The position numbers and the translations under genes are program-made. DNA of 43,548 bases, from the IMG/VR virus record IMGVR_UViG_3300030095_000676, positions 1-43,548 of that record. One strand, given 5' to 3'. The notes below the pieces were generated by a model, which was given only the letters and a program-made list of their open reading frames with translations, ran no database searches and was not told where the DNA came from. Positions within the stretch are counted from its first letter, which is position 1. The number at the start of each line of letters is the position of its first letter. This stretch comes from a virus. Lineage: Duplodnaviria > Caudoviricetes. Positions 24,703 through 33,036 of the stretch are shown here, in pieces.

Positions 24703-26748
24703 ATGAAAATAACTCTCGATGTAGAAAACACTACTTTAATGAGGGATGGTAAACATCACCTTGACCCATTTGAATTTGAAAATTCATTGGTTATGGTGGG
24801 TATACTACAGGAAAATGGAACTAAGCATATTGTGACATTTGACCACGTTGAAAATGATAAAATAAGTTTGGATGGTAGAGATTTAATTCAGTCTTATTTG
24901 AATCAAACAACATTACTTATTGGTCACAATATTGCTTATGACCTGGTGTGGTTGTGGGAGTCTGGTTTTAAATACGATGGTTTAGTATTTGATACTATGA
25001 TTGCAGAATACGTTTTACAACGTGGGCAGAAGCAACCACTTTCTCTTGCGGCTTGTGCTGAAAGATATAAACTAGATACTAAGAAACAAGGAACACTAAA
25101 AGAGTATTATAAAAAAGGTTTCTCGACTAGGGATATACCACACTCTGAACTCTCTGAGTATTTAGAATCTGATATCAACGCAACTCAAGAACTATATAAT
25201 GTTCTAACTAAACAATTAAATGAACCTTCTAACAATGGTTTATTAGATACAGTTAATCTATCAAATGAAGTTTGTGTAACTCTTGCTAAGATATATAAGA
25301 GAGGTTTTAAAGTTAATAAAGAAACTCTTGAAAAAGTTAGAGATGAATTTAATATAGAAAGAAAACAATTAATTGATGAGCTACAATTACACGTTCATAA
25401 CTTAATGGGTGACACCCCTATAAATTTAAATAGTCCTGAACAATTGTCTTGGGTTATCTATAGTCGCAAACCACATGATAAAACTGATTGGCAAAACTCT
25501 TACAATCCATATATGAAGGAGAGTACGTTTAAAGATATTGTAAATAAGAAGACTCAAATAGTTTACAAAACTAAGGCTAGACAATGCCCTACTTGTAAAG
25601 GATATGGTAAGTATAGAAAGACTAGAAAGGATGGCTCACCATTTGCTAATGATACAAAATGTCCTACTTGTTTAGCTACAGGATTTTTATTTGACAACAC
25701 TAATGAAGTTGCTGGATTAAAATTCAAAGCACCCAATGCTAAGTGGGCTAGTGCAAATGGATTTACAACAAGTAAAATAAACATAGCAGTGTTAGAAAAG
25801 ATATCAAAAGAAAAAGATATGAGTGTTGCTCATTCCTTTCTAACAAAAGTTAGAAGGCTAAGTGCAGTTGAAACCTATCTCTCTTCTTTTGTTGATGGTA
25901 TCTTTAATCACACAAAGCAAGATGATATGTTGCACGTAAGATTATTACAACACAGAACATCAACAGGTAGATTAAGTGGTGCTAATCCTAATATGCAAAA
26001 TATGCCTAGGGGTGGTACGTTTCCTGTAAAGAAAGTATTTGTTTCTAGATGGGATGGTGGTAAGATACTTGAAGCAGACTTTGCACAGTTAGAATTTAGA
26101 GTGGCTGCTTTTTTATCTCAAGACAAGACTGCTATGGAAGAGATAGAGGGAGGGTTTGATGTGCATAGTTATACTGCAAAAGTTATAACAGATGCTGGTC
26201 AACCTATATCTCGTACTGCTTCAAAGGCACATACCTTTGCACCATTGTATGGTGCTAGTGGATTTGGTAGGACAAAAGCAGAAGCTACTTACTACACACA
26301 CTTCATTGAAAAATATAAGGGTGTTGCTAATTGGCATCGTAAGTTAGCACAACAAGCATTGGATACTAACACTATTAAGATACCATCAGGTAGAGAGTTT
26401 AGATTTAATAATGTATATAGATTAAAAAATAATAGTATAACTTCTTTTACACAAATAAAAAATTACCCTGTACAATCTTTTGCTACAGCAGATTGTGTAT
26501 TGCTATGCTTAGTTTATATGGATAAGTTATTAAAGGATAAACATTCTTGTATTGTTAATACTGTACACGATAGTATAGTAATTGATATACATCCTAGTGA
26601 AGTAGAAGATGTAATTAAGATAATAAAATATACTAATGATAATTTAAAAACAATAATAGATTCACGCTGGAACATTGATTTAAATGTGCCATTATTACTT
26701 GAAGCAAAATTAGGTAATAATTGGCTTGACACAACTGATGTTTTATGA
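24703..26748 (+). CDS. polA: Family A DNA polymerase with 3'-5' exonuclease and DnaJ-like Zn-finger insertion
   Basis: Exo motifs LDVE, GHNIAYD, DTM; CPTCKGYG...CPTCLATG; TGRLS..NPNMQN; motif A ADFAQLEFR; B KAHTFAPLYG; C VHDS. Likely start MKITLDVE at 24703. Confidence 0.95.
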   Translation: MKITLDVENTTLMRDGKHHLDPFEFENSLVMVGILQENGTKHIVTFDHVENDKISLDGRDLIQSYLNQTTLLIGHNIAYDLVWLWESGFKYDGLVFDTMIAEYVLQRGQKQPLSLAACAERYKLDTKKQGTLKEYYKKGFSTRDIPHSELSEYLESDINATQELYNVLTKQLNEPSNNGLLDTVNLSNEVCVTLAKIYKRGFKVNKETLEKVRDEFNIERKQLIDELQLHVHNLMGDTPINLNSPEQLSWVIYSRKPHDKTDWQNSYNPYMKESTFKDIVNKKTQIVYKTKARQCPTCKGYGKYRKTRKDGSPFANDTKCPTCLATGFLFDNTNEVAGLKFKAPNAKWASANGFTTSKINIAVLEKISKEKDMSVAHSFLTKVRRLSAVETYLSSFVDGIFNHTKQDDMLHVRLLQHRTSTGRLSGANPNMQNMPRGGTFPVKKVFVSRWDGGKILEADFAQLEFRVAAFLSQDKTAMEEIEGGFDVHSYTAKVITDAGQPISRTASKAHTFAPLYGASGFGRTKAEATYYTHFIEKYKGVANWHRKLAQQALDTNTIKIPSGREFRFNNVYRLKNNSITSFTQIKNYPVQSFATADCVLLCLVYMDKLLKDKHSCIVNTVHDSIVIDIHPSEVEDVIKIIKYTNDNLKTIIDSRWNIDLNVPLLLEAKLGNNWLDTTDVL

Positions 26749-26754
26749 TATAAC
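26726..26754 (+). promoter_or_regulatory. Sigma70 promoter embedded in the polymerase 3' end
   Basis: TTGACA, 17 nt, TATAAC with TG extension; AGAGGAG RBS follows. Confidence 0.75.
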
Positions 26755-26784
26755 GCATTATCTTTATAGAGGAGAAATAAAAAT

Positions 26785-27645
26785 ATGACAAACTTAATAA
26801 CTTTAGACAGTAATAACTTTGATGCTATGGCTAGTGTCATGGGTATGCAAACAAGTACCAAGGAAAATAAAAATAGCCTATCAAGAATTAGGGTAGTTAA
26901 GAAACCTATTAAGGGAGAGACATCTCTAAAGGGTAGGAAGACTACGATTGATGTAGTGCCTGCAGGTTGGTACTCAATTGAAGATATGAATAAAAATCTT
27001 TTGTATGCAGAGAAGCCAATCATAAGACCTTTCCTACAAAGGTTTATGTATCAGAAGTACGACTCTAATATTTCTAACTATGTTAAAACAATAATGTCTG
27101 ACAATATTAATATTGATTTGAAGGATACTATGGGTGGTTTTAATTGTGGTAAACCTAGTGGTTACATAGAAGACTTTAATTCTTTACCTGATGGAACAAA
27201 AGAAATTATACGTCAAGTAAAAAGAACTCGTGTTATATTTGGTGAAGCATCTTTTAAGGATGGTGTTACTGAGAGTGGTGAAAATAGTAGTGTTGAATCT
27301 GTTCCATTTATTTGGGAGATAGATACTAAAGAGGGTTATAAAAATATAGGTCAGTTGTTTACAGAACTTACACAACTAAGACGATTGCCAATACAACACA
27401 ATGTCACTATCTATACTGAAGAAAGAGAGGGTAGTACAGGTTCTTACTTTGTACCTAACTACACCCTAAACTCTAAAGATAGCATTGCTATTTCAGATGA
27501 TGACCAAAATACTTTTAGAGAATTTATGTCAACTATTGATAGGCATAATACTTGGGTGTCATCTGAATGGGATAAGAACCATAGAGAACCGTCTAGCTCT
27601 GGTATCACAGATGAGTTTATAGACATAGATGCACCGAGTAACTAA
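26785..27645 (+). CDS. Putative single-stranded DNA-binding protein
   Basis: Between polymerase and exonuclease, acidic C-terminal tail, own promoter; the call is positional. Confidence 0.55.
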   Translation: MTNLITLDSNNFDAMASVMGMQTSTKENKNSLSRIRVVKKPIKGETSLKGRKTTIDVVPAGWYSIEDMNKNLLYAEKPIIRPFLQRFMYQKYDSNISNYVKTIMSDNINIDLKDTMGGFNCGKPSGYIEDFNSLPDGTKEIIRQVKRTRVIFGEASFKDGVTESGENSSVESVPFIWEIDTKEGYKNIGQLFTELTQLRRLPIQHNVTIYTEEREGSTGSYFVPNYTLNSKDSIAISDDDQNTFREFMSTIDRHNTWVSSEWDKNHREPSSSGITDEFIDIDAPSN

Positions 27646-28487
27646 TGCATAGTCCTATTGAACTAGCATTACACAAAGTACTTGATGACTTTACTGTTGG
27701 TAAAAAAACAATGTCATCAAGTACTATCAATGCTATAACTAAAGATATCAAGGTAGCATTGAAGAAACAATTTGTTGATGGTAAACCAGGATTTAGATTT
27801 AGATTATCTAGTCTTGGTAAACCTAGTTGTCAACTGTGGTTTGATAAGAATAAACCAGAGACTGCTTTACCTAAACCATCTACTTTTATATTCAATATGA
27901 TACTAGGTGATATACTTGAAGCAGTGTTTAAAGGGTTTTTAAGAGAAGCTAACGTAGAGTTTAAGGATTCTAGTAAGGTTACTCTAGCTCTAGGTAAAGA
28001 TAAGATTGCAGGAACTTATGACTTAGTAATTGATAATGATGTTGATGATATTAAAACAGCATCTGATTGGTCTTATAGAAATAAATTTGATTCCTTCTCT
28101 ACACTAAAGGAGAATGATTCATTTGGATATATAGGTCAGCTATCTGCATATGCTAAAGCAGGTAATTATAATCCCGGTGGTTGGTGGGTTATTAATAAAA
28201 ACAATTGTTCTTTTAAATATGTACCAGCAACAGGTATTGAAATTGAAAAAGAAATAACTATATTAAAGAACACTGTAGATAAAGTAAAAGAAAATAAATT
28301 TGAAAGATGCTTTGATGCAGTGAACGAAACATTTAGGGGTAAGGAAACAGGTAATAAGATTTTAGATAAGACTTGTTCTTTTTGCTCGTATAGGAAAGAG
28401 TGTTGGACTGATGTAAAAGAGTTACCCTCTATTCCATCGAGTGCTAAACAACCTAAAATAGTTTCATATGTTTATATCAAGGAGTAA
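27645..28487 (+). CDS. PD-(D/E)xK exonuclease, Cas4/RecB-like with probable Fe-S cysteines
   Basis: RLSSLGKPSC, GTYD...DDIKTAS, QL..Y, CSFC.Y...CW. Confidence 0.8.
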   Translation: MHSPIELALHKVLDDFTVGKKTMSSSTINAITKDIKVALKKQFVDGKPGFRFRLSSLGKPSCQLWFDKNKPETALPKPSTFIFNMILGDILEAVFKGFLREANVEFKDSSKVTLALGKDKIAGTYDLVIDNDVDDIKTASDWSYRNKFDSFSTLKENDSFGYIGQLSAYAKAGNYNPGGWWVINKNNCSFKYVPATGIEIEKEITILKNTVDKVKENKFERCFDAVNETFRGKETGNKILDKTCSFCSYRKECWTDVKELPSIPSSAKQPKIVSYVYIKE

Positions 28488-28490
28488 AAT

Positions 28491-28700
28491 ATGGATATAA
28501 AAGAAATGGAAGACATGATTAAAGAAAAAGAAAAAGAACTATATGATATGAAAAAAGAATATAGGGAAAGGAAAACTGAAGGATTAAGAAATGCTTTAGA
28601 GAGACGTAAAGAAGCTGAGAAATTAATCCGTGAAGAGATGGATGCTCTAGGTTATGGGCATAGCTCGACATCAAATTATCCTTTTAAATTTTATTTCTAA
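28491..28700 (+). CDS. Small coiled-coil protein
   Basis: AAGGAG RBS. Confidence 0.7.
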   Translation: MDIKEMEDMIKEKEKELYDMKKEYRERKTEGLRNALERRKEAEKLIREEMDALGYGHSSTSNYPFKFYF

Positions 28701-29188
28701 TGTCGGCATACAGTGCTACCCAAATGGCACGTAAAAATGGGTATAGGAGTGGGTTGGAAGATATAGTTGCTACTTATCTTACAGAACATAAAGTAAAATT
28801 TCTATATGAGAAAGTTAAGATAGAGTGGGAAGACCTTTCATATCGCACCTATACCCCTGATTTCGTTTTAAATAATGGGATAATAATAGAGACAAAGGGA
28901 AGATTTTTAGCGGCAGATAGAAGAAAACATATAGCAATAAATAAACAACACCCTGAGTTAGATATACGATTTGTATTTACTAACAGTAGAACTAAGTTAC
29001 GTAAGGGTGCTAAGTCATCTTATGGTGAATGGTGTATAAAGTATGGGTTTAGATATTATGATAGAATTATACCTGAAGATTGGTTAAAAGAAAAAGGTAA
29101 AATATTTTATCCATCTTTTATAAGATTTAAAAACGCAAAAATAAATAGGAAAGTTAATGGAAGAAAACTCCCCAATAAAAAAAAGTGA
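28700..29188 (+). CDS. T7 endonuclease I-like Holliday junction resolvase
   Basis: GYRSGLE, YTPDF, IIIETKGRF, DIRFVF, IPEDWL. Confidence 0.92.
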   Translation: MSAYSATQMARKNGYRSGLEDIVATYLTEHKVKFLYEKVKIEWEDLSYRTYTPDFVLNNGIIIETKGRFLAADRRKHIAINKQHPELDIRFVFTNSRTKLRKGAKSSYGEWCIKYGFRYYDRIIPEDWLKEKGKIFYPSFIRFKNAKINRKVNGRKLPNKKK

Positions 29189-29468
29189 CATTGTAATACG
29201 TATCAGACCTGAAATAGAAGATAGAGAATGGACAGGTAATGTAGAGTTGTTTGCTATATCTTCTAGTGATAATACTCTTAGTGATGAATCTACATCAGAC
29301 TTAGAATACTTTGTTGAGTTGGTACTAGCATCTATACCTGCTATGAAGAGTGACCCATATATATACAATGTTTTAAATACGTATGCTTCAAAAGTTTTAA
29401 AGAAGCATAGTAGTAATTCTAATGTAGTAAAGTTAAAACTAAATACTGAAACTGAAGGGAGTGCTTAA
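29157..29468 (+). CDS. Hypothetical protein
   Basis: ORF in the operon. Confidence 0.7.
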   Translation: MEENSPIKKSDIVIRIRPEIEDREWTGNVELFAISSSDNTLSDESTSDLEYFVELVLASIPAMKSDPYIYNVLNTYASKVLKKHSSNSNVVKLKLNTETEGSA

Positions 29469-29733
29469 TATGGCATCTATAAAAGACTTAATAACTTTTG
29501 AAACAGACTCTGTAAAAGAACGTGATATGGTAAACCATCCACCACACTACAATGAATCATCTATAGAATGTATAGATGCAATCAAAGCTGCTACTGGTGA
29601 TGGCTACAAATACTATATACAAGGTAATCTAATTAAATATATGTGGAGGTATGAGAATAAGAATGGTATAGAAGATTTAGAAAAAGCACAGTGGTATCTA
29701 ACGTCTTTAATTGAATGGTTAAGGGCAAGATGA
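29461..29733 (+). CDS. DUF3310 family protein (T7 gp1.7-like nucleotide kinase family)
   Basis: VNHPPHY, IECIDAI, KYMWRY..K...EDLEKAQWYL. Confidence 0.85.
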   Translation: MLNMASIKDLITFETDSVKERDMVNHPPHYNESSIECIDAIKAATGDGYKYYIQGNLIKYMWRYENKNGIEDLEKAQWYLTSLIEWLRAR

Positions 29734-29897
29734 AAAGAATAAGAATACATATTAATGTACAAATAGATGATGAAGAATATGTAGCACCTAGTGACGGTGA
29801 CGTTGCCCAGGAATTTGAAGACAACATTAGAGATTTTATATATGAAATTGATGGTGTAAAATTAAAAACAATTAGAGTAACATCGGAGGAAATATGA
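29715..29897 (+). CDS. Hypothetical protein
   Basis: Likely start at the ATGA overlap near 29730; P.DGDV motif. Confidence 0.65.
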   Translation: MVKGKMKRIRIHINVQIDDEEYVAPSDGDVAQEFEDNIRDFIYEIDGVKLKTIRVTSEEI

Positions 29898-31819
29898 AAC
29901 AACTACCAACAGACTATCAAAATTTTATAGCTTTATCACGCTATGCTAGATGGAAAGACAATGAACAGAGAAGAGAAACGTGGGATGAAACTGTAGATAG
30001 ATACGTTGAGTACATAGATAAAGAGCTAAAGAATAAACACAGTTTTGAAATGGGTGCAGATTTAGAAAAAGAATTAAAACAAGCGATATTATCTTTGAAT
30101 GTTATGCCATCTATGAGAGCATTGATGACTGCAGGAACTGCACTAGATAAGTGTAATGTTGCTGGATATAATTGTAGCTATGTTCCTGTCGATAGTCCTA
30201 GGGCATTTGACGAAACTATGTATATACTTATGTGTGGTACGGGTGTAGGTTTTTCTGTTGAAAGAAGAAACATTGAGAAACTACCCACTGTAAATGAACA
30301 CTTTGAAGATAGCACAACTGTTATTAAAGTTGCTGATTCTAGGTCAGGTTGGGCAAGAGCATTACGTGAGTTACTTGCTATGTTATATGTTGGTCAAGTT
30401 CCTATATTTGATGTTGATGGTGTGAGACCTGCTGGTGCTAGACTTAGAACATTTGGTGGTAGGGCATCAGGTCCTGAACCACTAGTTGATTTATATAAAT
30501 TCTCTGTCAATACTTTTAAGAAGGCTAGAGGTAGAAAGCTATATCCGATAGAGTGTCACGACATCATGTGTAAGATAGGTGAAGTTGTTGTTGCTGGTGG
30601 TGTAAGACGTTCAGCATTAATTAGTTTATCTAATTTAAATGATGACCAAATGAGACACGCTAAGTCAGGACAGTGGTGGGAGAATGAAGGGCAAAGAGCA
30701 TTGTCAAATAACTCTGTTGCTTACAAAGATAAACCTGAGATGGGTACGTTTATGAGAGAATGGTTGTCTCTTTATGAAAGTCAATCAGGTGAGCGTGGTA
30801 TCTTCAATAGACAAGCGGCTGTTAAACAAGCTGCTAAGAATGGTAGACGTAAAACAGAATATGATTTTGGTTGTAATCCTTGCAGTGAAATTATTCTAAG
30901 ACCATATCAATTTTGTAATTTATCTGAGGTTGTAGCTCGTGAGACAGATGACTATTCTGACCTAGAAAATAAAGTACGTATAGCTACTATACTTGGTACA
31001 TTTCAATCTACTCTTACAGACTTTAAATACTTGCGTAAGATATGGAAAGATAATACTGAGGAAGAAAGATTGTTAGGTGTTTCACTAACAGGTATTTTAG
31101 ATAGTCCTTTACTAAATAAAAAGGATATGTATCTAGCAGAAATGTTAGACTCTTTAAAACAAGTAGCTATAGATACTAATAAAGAATATGCAGAGATGTT
31201 AAACATACCACAGTCTGCTGCTATAACTTGTGTTAAACCTAGTGGTACAGTATCACAGCTAGTAGATAGTGCTAGTGGTATTCACGCAAGACATAGCAAG
31301 TATTATATTAGAACTGTAAGAGGTGCAAACAAAGACCCTATCACAGAGTTTTTAAAGAGTGAAGGAATACCTAATGAACCTGATATAACTAAACGAGATA
31401 CAGTAACTGTTTTTAGTTTTCCTATGAAGTCACCTAGCTCTGCTATTTTTAGAACTGACATGAGTGCAATAGAACAATTAGAGTTATGGTTAGTATATCA
31501 AAGACATTGGTGTGAACATAAACCTTCTGTTACTATTTCTGTTAAGGAACATGAATGGATGGAGGTAGGTCATTGGGTTTATAAAAACTTTGATGAGGTA
31601 TCGGGAATAAGTTTCTTACCTTTGTTTGAGCATACATATAAACAAGCACCTTATCAAGACTGTACTAAAGAAGAATACAAAGAACTTAAATCTCTTATGC
31701 CATCAAGTATTAGTTGGTCTAAACTAGGTGACTTTGAAAAAGAAGATACTACAACTAGTGGAAAAGAATTTGCGTGTACATCTGATGCTTGTGAGATTGT
31801 AGACGTAGGTAACTTATAA
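29894..31819 (+). CDS. nrdJ: Ribonucleotide reductase, class II (adenosylcobalamin-dependent)
   Basis: MPSMR, YNC, GTGVGFS, VRRSA, NPCSEI, FCNL, TCVKPSGTVS and C-terminal CTSDAC; no NrdB-like gene in the window. Confidence 0.88.
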   Translation: MKQLPTDYQNFIALSRYARWKDNEQRRETWDETVDRYVEYIDKELKNKHSFEMGADLEKELKQAILSLNVMPSMRALMTAGTALDKCNVAGYNCSYVPVDSPRAFDETMYILMCGTGVGFSVERRNIEKLPTVNEHFEDSTTVIKVADSRSGWARALRELLAMLYVGQVPIFDVDGVRPAGARLRTFGGRASGPEPLVDLYKFSVNTFKKARGRKLYPIECHDIMCKIGEVVVAGGVRRSALISLSNLNDDQMRHAKSGQWWENEGQRALSNNSVAYKDKPEMGTFMREWLSLYESQSGERGIFNRQAAVKQAAKNGRRKTEYDFGCNPCSEIILRPYQFCNLSEVVARETDDYSDLENKVRIATILGTFQSTLTDFKYLRKIWKDNTEEERLLGVSLTGILDSPLLNKKDMYLAEMLDSLKQVAIDTNKEYAEMLNIPQSAAITCVKPSGTVSQLVDSASGIHARHSKYYIRTVRGANKDPITEFLKSEGIPNEPDITKRDTVTVFSFPMKSPSSAIFRTDMSAIEQLELWLVYQRHWCEHKPSVTISVKEHEWMEVGHWVYKNFDEVSGISFLPLFEHTYKQAPYQDCTKEEYKELKSLMPSSISWSKLGDFEKEDTTTSGKEFACTSDACEIVDVGNL

Positions 31820-31835
31820 TAACCAAGGAGATTAT

Positions 31836-32267
31836 ATGACCTTAGAACCTTCTGTAAAAGACAGAAAGAAATTCGATATTGATTTACAATATGGGAAAGT
31901 TAGAGAACAACAGATAGCAGAGATGCTACAAGATAAAAAGATAGAGGTAAAAAGTGAAAGAAACTTATGGCAGAAGACAGGTAATATCGCAGTTGAGTTT
32001 GAGTCTTATGGAAAGGCAAGTGGCATCAACAGTACGGAATCAGATTACTGGTTTCACAATCTCTGTATTGGAGATGATACATTCTGTACTCTTGTCTTTA
32101 ATACACAAAGCCTTAAAAAAATAATTGATAACTTAGACTACAAAAAAATAGTTAATGGAGGAGACAACAATGCATCTCGTATGTACCTATTGAATATTCA
32201 AAAATTATTTTCATCAGATGTAATTAAAGCATTTAAAGGAGATAAGAATGAAGACAAAAAGGTATAA
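31836..32267 (+). CDS. Hypothetical protein, possible PD-(D/E)xK nuclease fold
   Basis: FDIDL.YG...IEVKSE...TGNIAVE...SGI. Confidence 0.6.
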   Translation: MTLEPSVKDRKKFDIDLQYGKVREQQIAEMLQDKKIEVKSERNLWQKTGNIAVEFESYGKASGINSTESDYWFHNLCIGDDTFCTLVFNTQSLKKIIDNLDYKKIVNGGDNNASRMYLLNIQKLFSSDVIKAFKGDKNEDKKV

Positions 32268-32499
32268 AGGTTTAGCTAAATATGATGCCCCTTTAAGAAT
32301 ACAATACCAATGGGGGTATGATGCCTTTAGAAAAGACCCTAAGAGAACAAGACTTCCTGGAAATTTGCATCCTAACACGATGCAATATAGAGAGTGGTTA
32401 CGTGGATATAACGTAGCTTACTTTGATAATCTTAAAAAGGTAAAGAAAAATGAAAGATTGGGAAACAAACGTAACTATGAGGGTAAAAACATGGCTTAA
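32248..32499 (+). CDS. Small basic protein, ribosome modulation factor-like motif
   Basis: YQWGYDAF...P......REWLRGYN parallels the RMF pattern GYxAG...CPY...WLGGW. Confidence 0.45.
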   Translation: MKTKRYKGLAKYDAPLRIQYQWGYDAFRKDPKRTRLPGNLHPNTMQYREWLRGYNVAYFDNLKKVKKNERLGNKRNYEGKNMA

Positions 32500-32650
32500 A
32501 ATTAGAAAAAAACCTAAACCTCTTTCAGTCTTTGAGAGAGAAGCCCTAGATTGGGTAAATAAAAATCAGGTGCAATCATACCACAACGGTGGATTGCACC
32601 CATCTGACGAGCTTTATATAAAGACAATTTTTAAAAAGGAGAGAAAATAA
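32450..32650 (+). CDS. Hypothetical protein
   Basis: Coupled to the next gene. Confidence 0.55.
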   Translation: MKDWETNVTMRVKTWLKIRKKPKPLSVFEREALDWVNKNQVQSYHNGGLHPSDELYIKTIFKKERK

Positions 32651-32898
32651 TGAGAGAATTACTAATTGGAGCAGCAAGAACCTACTATGTAGGTATGATT
32701 AATAAACATATATCTAATGTGGAAGTATTATTAAATAATCCTGCAGGAATAGGGGAAGCAGAGCATCAAGATATACAAGCAGTTATTGAAGTTGAGCTTG
32801 GTAGAATAGCAGACTACAATGATAAGCTAGAAGTTCTCATTAAATATTTTACTAAACCTGAGAAGCCACAAGAAGAAACTACTGAAAAGAAAAAATAA
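32650..32898 (+). CDS. Hypothetical protein (NP.GIGE.H motif)
   Basis: AAGGAG RBS, TAATG coupling. Confidence 0.75.
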   Translation: MRELLIGAARTYYVGMINKHISNVEVLLNNPAGIGEAEHQDIQAVIEVELGRIADYNDKLEVLIKYFTKPEKPQEETTEKKK

Positions 32899-33036
32899 GT
32901 GAGCTTATTATTTAAATGGCTAATGCGTACATCATATGCATTAGTCATTTTTATTGTTGTCTATGCGGCCTTTATGGGATTATTAAATGATATATGTAAT
33001 TGTGCCAACGATTGGGCATTGAATAATTTTTTATAG
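32899..33036 (+). CDS. 45-aa membrane peptide (not in ORF track)
   Basis: GTG start right after the upstream stop; LVIFIVVYAAFMGLL then CNC; TAG overlaps the convergent gene end. Confidence 0.45.
   Translation: MSLLFKWLMRTSYALVIFIVVYAAFMGLLNDICNCANDWALNNFL

Noticed and set aside
27645-28487. Cas4-like nuclease suggesting a CRISPR system
   Set aside because: No repeat-spacer array or other cas genes; this is the usual phage replication exonuclease.
24703-31819. Inteins or introns in the polymerase or RNR
   Set aside because: Lengths and motif spacing are normal; no splice-junction or homing endonuclease motifs seen.
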